Of a stretch of DNA of 32,000 nt, positions 19,129-26,584 are shown one piece after another. Each line of letters begins with the position of its first letter. Position 1 is the stretch's first letter. The notes under the pieces are model-generated. The model did not search any database, was not told the origin of the DNA, and saw nothing but the letters and a program-made list of their open reading frames with translations. The translations under genes were made by a program, and so were the position numbers. The DNA lies in the NCBI GenBank assembly GCA_963662715.1, contig OY759724.1, positions 180,001 through 212,000 of the forward strand, written 5' to 3'. The stretch is from Candidatus Omnitrophota bacterium. Its GTDB lineage: Bacteria > Omnitrophota > Gorgyraeia > Zapsychrales > JANLHA01.

Positions 19129-20586
19129 TTAACCTTTAATATTCCCGATAGGGACAAAACGGGCCACACGCTTGCTGATTCCCGAAACTTCCGTGGCCCG
19201 AGTCACATCATCAATATCTTTGTAAGCAGCCCCCGCTTCCTCGGCCAGCCCTTTAAAAGACGCTGTATTAACATAAATGCCGCGGGCCTTCATGTTTTCC
19301 AGCAAAGTCCGGCCATGGAACATGCTACGGGCTTTATTCCGGCTCATTTTCCGGCCGCTGCCGTGGGCGGTCGAACAAAAGGTCTCCTGACTGCCCTCTG
19401 TGCCGACCAATAAATAAGAACCGGTCTCCATACTGCCCCCGATAATCACCGGCTGGCCCACATCCTTATAAACCCCCGGAAGCCCGGCCTTTCCCGGACC
19501 AAGCGCCCGGGTGGAGCCTTTGCGATGAACCAGGACATCCTTTTGTTGCCCGTCAACGTCATGCTTTTCCAGTTTGGCAATATTATGGGCGACGTCGTAT
19601 ATCTGATGCATATCCAAATCTTCGGCTTTTTTTTGAAAGACTTCGGAAAAGACTTCCCGGATGCGATGCAAAATCACCTGACGGTTTGCAAAAGCCATGT
19701 TGACGGCGCACTTCATGGCGGAAAAATACGACTGTCCTTCCGGAGACTGGAAAGGAGCGCACGACAGCTCCCGGTCTAATAATTTTAAACCGTATTTGGT
19801 CTGCATCACCTTCAGAAAAGTCTGCAGATAATCCGTGGCGACCTGATGGCCGAACCCCCGGCTCCCGCAGTGAAACATAACAACGACCTGTTGAGGATAA
19901 TTGATTTTGAAAACCTCCGCATATTCCTTATCGAAAATATTTTCCGGCTTGACAACCTGAATTTCCAGGTAATGATTTCCGGAACCGAGGGTCCCGACCT
20001 GTTGGTAGCCCCGGGCTATGGCTTTTTCACTCACGTTCGCTGAATCAGCCCCCGTCATACAACCGCCCTCTTCTGTCCTTTCCAAATCCTCGGGCCAGCC
20101 GTAACCATGCTTAACGCACCAGGCCGCCCCCTGTTCAATCACCTGACGGAATTCCTTTTTTGAGATGTTCATATGCCCCGATCCTCCGACCCCGGACGGG
20201 ACTTTCTGAAACAAACGGTTGACCAGTTGTTGCAGCTTTGGCTTGACCTCATCATAGGTTAAATTGGTCCTCAATAAACGCATCCCGCAATTGATATCAA
20301 AACCAATGCCGCCCGGAGATATAACGCCTTCCTGCGGGTCCATAGCCGCAACGCCTCCGATAGGAAAACCATACCCCCAATGACCGTCAGGCATGCAATA
20401 CGCATACTTCTGCACCCCGGGCAGTTTCGCCACATTCGAAACCTGCTCGAAGACAGCTTCCTCCATATCCATGATAAGGCTCTCCGTAGCATAAATACGG
20501 GCAGGAACTCTCATGCCGTCACGGTATGACGGCGGAAGTTCCCACACCGCCTCTGATTTTCTCTGCATCTCGCGTGGTTTTGACAT
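19129..20586 (-). CDS. rtcB: RNA 3'-phosphate/2',3'-cyclic phosphate to 5'-OH ligase RtcB
   Basis: Motifs: MPDGHWGYGFPIGGV, GFDINCGMRL, GSGNHYLEIQ, HCGSRGFGHQ, VHRKGSTRA and the nucleophile region STAHGSGR. I place the start at ATG 20586 (MSKPREM...) with a GGAAGGGGA SD. The ORF-track extension to 20721 overlaps the Nudix gene. Confidence 0.92.
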   Translation of the reverse strand: MSKPREMQRKSEAVWELPPSYRDGMRVPARIYATESLIMDMEEAVFEQVSNVAKLPGVQKYAYCMPDGHWGYGFPIGGVAAMDPQEGVISPGGIGFDINCGMRLLRTNLTYDEVKPKLQQLVNRLFQKVPSGVGGSGHMNISKKEFRQVIEQGAAWCVKHGYGWPEDLERTEEGGCMTGADSANVSEKAIARGYQQVGTLGSGNHYLEIQVVKPENIFDKEYAEVFKINYPQQVVVMFHCGSRGFGHQVATDYLQTFLKVMQTKYGLKLLDRELSCAPFQSPEGQSYFSAMKCAVNMAFANRQVILHRIREVFSEVFQKKAEDLDMHQIYDVAHNIAKLEKHDVDGQQKDVLVHRKGSTRALGPGKAGLPGVYKDVGQPVIIGGSMETGSYLLVGTEGSQETFCSTAHGSGRKMSRNKARSMFHGRTLLENMKARGIYVNTASFKGLAEEAGAAYKDIDDVTRATEVSGISKRVARFVPIGNIKG

Positions 20587-20623
20587 AATATCCCCTTCCG
20601 CAAAAAATCCTTTTCCCCTTGCC

Positions 20624-21118
20624 CTACAGCCAGCCGGCCAAACACAATACACAGATCGTCTTCGCGTCGCAAATGCGCCCCTTGTTAAAAAGGTCACGCA
20701 CCTCCTGCCGGGAAAAAACAACTGTCTCGATCATTTCATCTTCATCTTTCTCGGCTTCTGCCGGCCTCAAAGCCTCGGCTTTATACAGATGAATCACTTC
20801 ATTCGAATAGCCGGGAACAGGACATATTTTGCCTAACTTTGTCATCCTTCCTGCTTTAAATCCCGTTTCCTCCATCAGCTCCCTGCGGGCACAGGATAAA
20901 GGGGCTTCTCCTTTATCCAGCGTGCCTGCGGGAAGCTCCAGGAATTCCTGCTCAAAAACAATACGATATTGTTTTAAAAAAACAATATCCGTCTTGGTTA
21001 TGAAAGGAATAATTAATGCCGCGCCCGGATGTTCTATCCTGTCGACCTGCGTTATAACGCCATTCGGGAGCTTTCTTTTCTCCTGAATAAAATGTATTTT
21101 CTTCCCTTTGATCCTCAT
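20624..21118 (-). CDS. Nudix hydrolase (ADP-ribose pyrophosphatase-like size and layout)
   Basis: 164 aa with a complete Nudix box, GTLDKGEAPLSCARRELMEETGF (Gx5Ex7REUxEExGU). Confidence 0.85.
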   Translation of the reverse strand: MRIKGKKIHFIQEKRKLPNGVITQVDRIEHPGAALIIPFITKTDIVFLKQYRIVFEQEFLELPAGTLDKGEAPLSCARRELMEETGFKAGRMTKLGKICPVPGYSNEVIHLYKAEALRPAEAEKDEDEMIETVVFSRQEVRDLFNKGRICDAKTICVLCLAGWL

Positions 21119-21124
21119 ATCGCA

Positions 21125-21349
21125 CTATAGCCATTGGCCGGAATAGTCTTTATCCAACCCCTGGAACTTCGGCACAACGGGTGTTGCCGGGCTGACAAGT
21201 CTCTGCACAGGAGCATCCCCAGGAGTATCCCCCGGCTCCATCCGGGCCAACAGACAAACACCGGCCCATGTATGCAGCCGGATATCCATCGCATGCCGTA
21301 CTTCAACGATTTTCCCGTTGGATTCACAAAAATACTGATAAAACGGCAT
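21125..21349 (-). CDS. Small FmdB-like protein with a degenerate (cysteine-poor) zinc-ribbon signature
   Basis: 74 aa. The N-terminus MPFYQYFCESNGKIVEV mirrors the FmdB-family MPxYEYxCxxCG opening but reads C-E-S-N-G, and no second CxxC knuckle follows. A good AAGGAG SD lies 7 nt upstream, and it is the first gene after a predicted promoter. Confidence 0.5.
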   Translation of the reverse strand: MPFYQYFCESNGKIVEVRHAMDIRLHTWAGVCLLARMEPGDTPGDAPVQRLVSPATPVVPKFQGLDKDYSGQWL

Positions 21350-21376
21350 ATTCTTACTCCTTATATATGAATATAT

Positions 21377-21405
21377 ATTTTAATACTGTTTACCTTTTAT
21401 GTAAA
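21377..21405 (-). promoter_or_regulatory. Candidate sigma70 promoter of the FmdB-like/Nudix/rtcB/archease operon
   Basis: On the minus strand: TTTACA (21405-21400), a 17-nt spacer, then TAAAAT (21382-21377). The -10 ends 27 nt upstream of the ATG at 21349. Confidence 0.5.
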
Positions 21406-21558
21406 TAGCCCAGAATTCATAAATATAAAAGCATTTCCAACATGCAAAAGGGCCAGAAACAGCTCTCCGTCGCATCTCGTTAATAATGTCTCCAGCACAT
21501 AAAAAAACGGAAAAATCCGCTGAAGTTAAAATCCGGGGATCCCGGACGTATCAGCCGG

Positions 21559-21596
21559 AAAAAAAAACAAGGCAGGAAGCTTCGCTTCCTGCCTTG
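21559..21596 (-). terminator. Strong rho-independent terminator after the SPFH gene
   Basis: A 13-bp stem pairs CAAGGCAGGAAGC with GCTTCCTGCCTTG around a 3-nt loop. Nine U residues follow on the minus-strand transcript. It starts 27 nt after the stop at 21623. Two weaker hairpin plus U-tract elements follow at 21528-21546 and 21501-21519. Confidence 0.85.
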
Positions 21597-21622
21597 CCCA
21601 AACACAGCCCCTGCACGGACCC

Positions 21623-22549
21623 CTAGGAAGAGGGTTCCGCTTTCTTTAAAATGCTGTTAGCCACTGCGACAACACCGGCGACATCGGTCAAATTTGAAGG
21701 TAAAATCATAGTATTATTCTTATTGGCCAGCTTTCCGAATTGCTCGAGATAATTCTGCGCGATACGCAGGTTAACCGCATCCATACCGCCTTTTTCATTT
21801 ATCGCCGAGGCGATTTCACGTATCCCTTTAGCCGTGGCTTCGGCCACGCGCTCAATTTCAAATGCCTGGCCCTCCGCCTCATTAATCCTCTTTTGTTTTT
21901 CCGCTTCTGAATAGGCGATAACTTCCTGCTTCTGCCCCTCGGCCCGGTTAATCTTGGCCTGTTTGTCCCCTTCGGATTCGGCAATCAGCGCTCTCTTTTC
22001 GCGTTCGGCGCGCATCTGCTTCTCCATGGCATCCTTGATACTCTGCGGCGGGATAATATTCTTGACTTCGTAACGCGTCACTTTGACCCCCCAGGGGTCG
22101 GACGCCTTATCCACGGCTTGAACGATGTTCGTATTGATTATGTCCCGCTCTTCAAACGTGCGGTCCAATTCCATTTTACCGATAATACTACGCATGGTCG
22201 TCTGGGCGATCTGAATGGACGCGAACTGATAATCATTGATGCCGTAAGAAGCTTTTTGCGCGTCCATGACCTGCAGATAAAGAATCCCGTCCACGGTCAC
22301 AGCAATATTATCCTTTGTAATACACGTCTGCGGCGGCACATCTATGGCCTGCTCTTTCAGGCTATGCCGGTAGGCGACCCGCTCTATAAAAGGAACCACA
22401 ATATGAAAACCGGCTTCATAGGTTGCCTTATACTTTCCCAGGTGTTCAATGATCGACGCGCTTTTCTGCGGAACGATCACAATGGCCATAACCGCCAGAA
22501 TCAGGCCCAAAAATATAATTCCCAACAACATAATAGTCAGAATGTCCAT
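21623..22549 (-). CDS. SPFH / Band 7 (stomatin-prohibitin-like) membrane protein
   Basis: 308 aa with an N-terminal TM anchor, an SPFH core (VPQKSASIIEHLGKY...GFHIVVPFIERV...DVPPQ..ITKDN..V.VDG.LY..V) and a C-terminal Ala/Glu/Lys-rich coiled coil. AAGGAGGAG SD present. Confidence 0.9.
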   Translation of the reverse strand: MDILTIMLLGIIFLGLILAVMAIVIVPQKSASIIEHLGKYKATYEAGFHIVVPFIERVAYRHSLKEQAIDVPPQTCITKDNIAVTVDGILYLQVMDAQKASYGINDYQFASIQIAQTTMRSIIGKMELDRTFEERDIINTNIVQAVDKASDPWGVKVTRYEVKNIIPPQSIKDAMEKQMRAEREKRALIAESEGDKQAKINRAEGQKQEVIAYSEAEKQKRINEAEGQAFEIERVAEATAKGIREIASAINEKGGMDAVNLRIAQNYLEQFGKLANKNNTMILPSNLTDVAGVVAVANSILKKAEPSS

Positions 22550-22584
22550 CGGACTCCTCCTTTGTGTGACATGTTGAACGACAT

Positions 22585-23040
22585 TTATATTTTCTTCACA
22601 ATGAGCGTCATATTATTTTTTTTGACAATCGTCACCATGGTTTCTTTGGAGAGTTCCTCCTCTGCCTCCGCCTCCCAAAGCGTCCCCTTAAACTCAACTT
22701 TTCCTATTCTTCCCGGATGAATGTCTTCTTTAACAATAGCCCGGTGCCCGACAAACTCTTCCAAATCCTGTGCCGGATCCTGCTTGTTGGTGACAAAACC
22801 ATGAAAGGTCTGCGTCAGCCATTTTCTAAACAGGACCAAAGATAAAACAGAAAAAACGATAAACAGCAGCAGCTGAGCATTAAGAGGGATCTTCAGCAGT
22901 AATGTCAGCAAGGCGACAACCCAGGCGCCCACACCGAAAAAGATCATAACCAAACCGGGTGTCGCCAATTCAAATATAAACATCACCAAGCCAACCAAGA
23001 ACCAGACCAAAACCGGGTTAAGAAGATCCTTGATATTCAT
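22585..23040 (-). CDS. NfeD-family membrane protein (TM bundle plus C-terminal OB-fold)
   Basis: 151 aa with four hydrophobic helices, then an NfeD-C-like soluble domain (GHRAIVKEDIHPGRIGKVEFKGTLWEAEAEEELSKETMVTIV). It sits immediately upstream of the SPFH gene (35-nt gap), which is the classic pairing. Confidence 0.85.
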   Translation of the reverse strand: MNIKDLLNPVLVWFLVGLVMFIFELATPGLVMIFFGVGAWVVALLTLLLKIPLNAQLLLFIVFSVLSLVLFRKWLTQTFHGFVTNKQDPAQDLEEFVGHRAIVKEDIHPGRIGKVEFKGTLWEAEAEEELSKETMVTIVKKNNMTLIVKKI

Positions 23041-23537
23041 TTTTTCTCTCCTTTTAATTTTTTTGCTCTTTTTTTATCAAACCGGCCTGATTCGCAGGCG
23101 AGGACAAATCCCTCTCCAATGCGTTTTAAGTCTTCCCATTCCTTACGAATATCCTTCGCCTCTTCTCGGGATATTCTCTTGTCATCACTATAGGACCTGG
23201 AGATAGCATCCAAAGTCTCGGAAAATTCCTTAATCAAATGGTGAATATTGTTCATGACTCCGGAATCAACATTGACCTGATCATGAGGGTTCTTCACATA
23301 ATACCCTTCGTCTAACTGGCAAACCCAATTAATGATAGCCTGATCATGTGTCAGCTCAAAAATTCTCTTAATCCTGTCCAAAGGATTATTGGCTCCGCTC
23401 GCCAGCCAGATCTCCGGGATCTGGCTGGCCTGGCACCATTTGTAAACCAAAGATTGGGATACGTTTAACTCTGCCGCGACCTTTTTAACCCCGACTTTAG
23501 CAATGGCTTTTTTCAAGACCTCATATGATTTGCGCAC
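23037..23537 (-). CDS. Helix-turn-helix DNA-binding protein of unknown function (Cro/CII/YdaS-like N-terminal HTH plus charged helical C-terminal region)
   Basis: HTH candidate: VKKVAAELNVSQSLVYKWCQ. The overall layout reminds me of phage CII (CP76)-type regulators, but this is unverified. The ORF track starts at TTG 23555. GTG 23537 has a GGAGAGGAGG SD 5-7 nt upstream. The stop TGA overlaps the nfeD ATG (ATGA at 23037-23040). Confidence 0.6.
   Translation of the reverse strand: MRKSYEVLKKAIAKVGVKKVAAELNVSQSLVYKWCQASQIPEIWLASGANNPLDRIKRIFELTHDQAIINWVCQLDEGYYVKNPHDQVNVDSGVMNNIHHLIKEFSETLDAISRSYSDDKRISREEAKDIRKEWEDLKRIGEGFVLACESGRFDKKRAKKLKGEKK
23401..23429. repeat. Perfect 12-bp inverted repeat with a 5-nt loop inside the HTH gene
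   Basis: GCCAGCCAGATC (23401-23412), then tccgg, then GATCTGGCTGGC (23418-23429). It encodes ..ASQIPEIWLAS.., directly after the predicted recognition helix. Confidence 0.8.
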
Positions 23538-23690
23538 GGTGTTCCTCCTCTCCAATTTAAGTATACAAACCAGAAAAGGAATTGTTAATTATAAAATCCC
23601 CCGAATTTTGTAATCGGCGCCCTCTCTTAAAACATTTATAAAAATGCCGTCTCATTCCGACTACGCTGATGAAGAAAACATATCTTTTCT

Positions 23691-26318
23691 TCAAGCCTGA
23701 TAAAGAGCTTCTTTAATAACATTGTTGAGTTCCTCAAAAGTAAACGGTTTGGTTAGCTTGGCCTGAAACCCGTAATTTTTATAATCAGCCATGACCGGAT
23801 CGGTTGCATAACCGCTTGTGACAACAGCTTTAACACCAGGGTTAATCTTTCTGATCTCCTTCAATGTATCCACGCCCCCCAGGCCCCCTCGAATTGTTAA
23901 ATCTAAAATAACGAGTTGGATGGAACTCCCCGAGCTTTCCATTTCCCGGAATTTACGCACAGTCTCATCCCCGGTGGTCGTTAATAGGACCTCAAATCCA
24001 AACCGGAACAGATATTGACCAAACATCTTCCTGACCACCGACTCGTCATCCATAACAAGGACATGGCCCTCCCCTTTAATCGTATCCAGGACAACAGGCG
24101 TTTCTCCTTCGACGGTCCTGATCGTAGCGGGCAAATAAACACTGAAAGTCGTTCCCTTGTTGACCTGAGACGAAACAGCAATGTATCCGGCATGCTTCTT
24201 GATAATAGAAAATGAACCGGCCAGCCCCAGACCATTCCCTGAGGGCTTCGTCGTAAAAAACGGGTCAAAAACCTTGGAAAGATTTTCTTCTGAAATTCCT
24301 GTCCCCTCATCCTTAATAGAAATCTTCACATAGACGCCGTCGGTCAAAGGGAGATTAAGCTCGTGACTTATCAATGCGTTTTCCGCAGCGACTTCCAGCT
24401 TTCCTCCTTTAGGCATGGCCTGAATGGCATTGATAGCCAGGTTATGCAGAACTTGCCGGATCTGTCCAGGATCAATCTCCGCCGGCCAGAGATTAGCACT
24501 AATTTTATATTCACAGATAACATTCGAACCTCTGGAAACAAAATTTATGGATTCCTCGAGAAAAGGCCCCAGGTTCGTCACCTTCTTAACAGGGGCACCG
24601 CCTTTAGAGAAAGCCAACAGCTGTTGTGTCAGCTGTTTCGCCTCCATCGAGGTCTTTTCGACTTCCGTAAGCAGGTTAAAAATTTCGCTACGGGGGTCCA
24701 AATCAAACTTAGCCAAGGAAATATTCCCGACAATCGACGTTAAGATATTATTAAAATCATGCGCAATCCCCCCGGCTAAAACACCTATTGTTTCCAGCTT
24801 TTGTATCTTGTTGAGTTCCTCGCGGATTCTTTCTTCTGCCGTCACATCCTGCATAACAACCACCGTCCCCAGGCATTCTCCGCTCTTATCATTGATCGGG
24901 GCGGCATTAAAACTTACCGTTTTCATTTTATTATGGCAATCCCGGAATTCACGTCTCCGGCTCTTGACGCAAAAATTATTTTCTTTTGTCTGCCTGATAA
25001 AAGGATCTTCTTTGATCTTCTTCTGTTCATTATCGGCAAATTGAAATATATCTATAAACGGCTTCCCTTGCACTTCCGGCAAGTTCACCCCGCATAATTT
25101 CTCTGCCGCTTCACTTAACAAAATGATTCTTCCTTGATTATCAATTGTGACAACAGCATCGGTAATGGAGCGCAACGTTACGTTGAGACGCTCCTTTTCT
25201 GCGATCAGCTCCCCGCGGGAAAAACGCAATTTCCTTATCATCTTGTTCAAACATTTCGCCAGTTCTCCGATCTCATCATCATGAGTCACATTAACCTGGG
25301 TATCTAAATCCCCGTCAGCAATGCGCAGTGACGCGACAGCCAGTTCCTTGACAGGCTTAACAACGACGCCGCTTAAAAACATCGCAAAAACAAAAATAAT
25401 CAACGCGCCTCCCAGGACCAATAAAAGTGCGTAATTTTTCAGTTGCGCTGCCACAAGAAAAGCTTCCTTCCTGTCCTGAATAATCCCAATATGCCAGCTG
25501 TGATTCCCGAGGCTTTCAAAACCACTCATTTTCATAAAAGCACAGACCTTCGCTACTCCATCCCGGTCAGTAAATTCCATAAAACCCTTGCTGGAACTTA
25601 AAATTTTCTTGTTGATTTCCAGCGGTTCCAATTTATATAAGAGCTTCTGATGGTCAGGATGATCTATAAGATATCCCTCATCATTCATGATAAAAACCGT
25701 ATCTGTTTCTCCTACCTTCATCTGATGAGTTAAGCGCACAACGTTGTTTAAGGTAACCTGGCCTGTGATCAGGGCCCTAACCTCCCCGGCCTCGGAGAAA
25801 ATGGGAGCCGCTGTGATATATATCAGTCTGAACGGCGACATGGTTACGTGGACAGGAGAAACAATCGCCTTCCCTTTTAAGGCTTCCGTAAACCATGACT
25901 TGTCTTTCCAAACACCCCGGTATTCATACGATGTGGACGCCAGGACATGTCCTTCTTTGCTGACCAGAGTAATATTGTCAAATAAACCATAAAAATCCTG
26001 AATTTCCTTCAGCTCTTCAACCATCTTCTTTTCCGGGCTGTTTTCATTGATCAGGTACGGATTTCTTGCTAAAGCTTCCGTCTGGGAGAGGGTAGACTGA
26101 ACCATTTGGCCGATTTCCACACGGATCAGGCCGACCAGCGTTGTCAGCTCTTTTTCGAGATTGCGGCGGATGTGCTGGTGTACAGCCCGGTAGGTTAAAG
26201 AAAATACTCCTAAGAAGGGGATCAAGGCTAAACTGACAAAAATAAGGGTAATTTTAAAATCGAGACTTAGATGAATTTTACTTGATATATTACGAAAATT
26301 TTTCTGGAACAAAGTCAT
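23691..26318 (-). CDS. Hybrid sensor histidine kinase: TM, dCache-like periplasmic domain, TM, HAMP, PAS, HisKA, HATPase_c and C-terminal receiver
   Basis: HAMP: VKPVKELAVASLRIADGDLD..DEIGELAKCLNKM. PAS: LRSITDAVVTIDNQGRIILLSEAAEKLCG. H-box: GGIAHDFNNILTSIVGN. N/G boxes: NLAINAIQAM, DEGTGI, GNGLGLA. REC: HVLVMDDE...LVILDLTIRGG...AVVTSGY...LTKPF. I take the start as ATG 26318 (MTLFQKN...); the N-terminus is uncertain. Confidence 0.88.
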   Translation of the reverse strand: MTLFQKNFRNISSKIHLSLDFKITLIFVSLALIPFLGVFSLTYRAVHQHIRRNLEKELTTLVGLIRVEIGQMVQSTLSQTEALARNPYLINENSPEKKMVEELKEIQDFYGLFDNITLVSKEGHVLASTSYEYRGVWKDKSWFTEALKGKAIVSPVHVTMSPFRLIYITAAPIFSEAGEVRALITGQVTLNNVVRLTHQMKVGETDTVFIMNDEGYLIDHPDHQKLLYKLEPLEINKKILSSSKGFMEFTDRDGVAKVCAFMKMSGFESLGNHSWHIGIIQDRKEAFLVAAQLKNYALLLVLGGALIIFVFAMFLSGVVVKPVKELAVASLRIADGDLDTQVNVTHDDEIGELAKCLNKMIRKLRFSRGELIAEKERLNVTLRSITDAVVTIDNQGRIILLSEAAEKLCGVNLPEVQGKPFIDIFQFADNEQKKIKEDPFIRQTKENNFCVKSRRREFRDCHNKMKTVSFNAAPINDKSGECLGTVVVMQDVTAEERIREELNKIQKLETIGVLAGGIAHDFNNILTSIVGNISLAKFDLDPRSEIFNLLTEVEKTSMEAKQLTQQLLAFSKGGAPVKKVTNLGPFLEESINFVSRGSNVICEYKISANLWPAEIDPGQIRQVLHNLAINAIQAMPKGGKLEVAAENALISHELNLPLTDGVYVKISIKDEGTGISEENLSKVFDPFFTTKPSGNGLGLAGSFSIIKKHAGYIAVSSQVNKGTTFSVYLPATIRTVEGETPVVLDTIKGEGHVLVMDDESVVRKMFGQYLFRFGFEVLLTTTGDETVRKFREMESSGSSIQLVILDLTIRGGLGGVDTLKEIRKINPGVKAVVTSGYATDPVMADYKNYGFQAKLTKPFTFEELNNVIKEALYQA

Positions 26319-26571
26319 ACAATTTACCGCCGTATTATTCACACAGAAGTCATCCGGACATTCTCATCCTCATCGAAAAATTGAAGCCCAAAACACAGAC
26401 TTCCCTTGCGGTCAGGAATAATCATATCCTAACTTATTAAAATATAAATATTTGTAATTATACTATCAGCGGAAAGGCATAGTCTCAAGATAAAACAAGA
26501 AAATTTGGGGGATTGGACTTTGAAATGGTTTTCCGGCAATATTGGGACTGGCATCCCGAGAAATCATGACA

Positions 26572-26577
26572 TATAAT
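26572..26577 (+). promoter_or_regulatory. Perfect TATAAT -10 hexamer 7 nt upstream of the yjbQ ATG (possible leaderless transcript)
   Basis: TATAAT at 26572-26577 and ATG at 26585, with no SD-like sequence between them. There is no convincing -35. Confidence 0.3.
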
Positions 26578-26584
26578 AATACTC

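Noticed and set aside
20587-20721. The ORF-track N-terminal extension of RtcB. Comparable extensions affect archease (19128-19169), the receiver at 13080-13175 and the receiver at 14777-14818.
   Set aside because: The extensions overlap the preceding gene, lack an SD and add Arg/Cys-rich junk. The internal ATGs have GGAAGGGGA-type SDs or overlap the upstream stop codon (ATGA), and they give canonical family N-termini.
22118-22720. A 200-aa plus-strand ORF antisense to the SPFH and NfeD genes. Similar long antisense ORFs occur at 24424-25044, 10293-10871, 14000-14488, 7080-7559 and 7183-7581.
   Set aside because: Each is the mirror frame of a confidently identified minus-strand gene. None has an SD and their composition is Arg/Ser/Pro-rich. 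This is the usual antisense-ORF artefact.
23431-23446. TGGCAC on the plus strand, resembling the -24 element of a sigma54 promoter.
   Set aside because: The spacing and -12 element do not fit (TGGCAC-cattt-GTAA rather than TTGC). It lies inside the HTH gene on the strand with no downstream gene, and no bEBP activator is in the window.
26319-26342. The ORF-track start of the hybrid kinase at 26342.
   Set aside because: By my reading, the codon at 26342-26340 is TGG, which is not a start codon. I cannot reproduce that start, so I use the first in-frame ATG at 26318. The true N-terminus remains uncertain.
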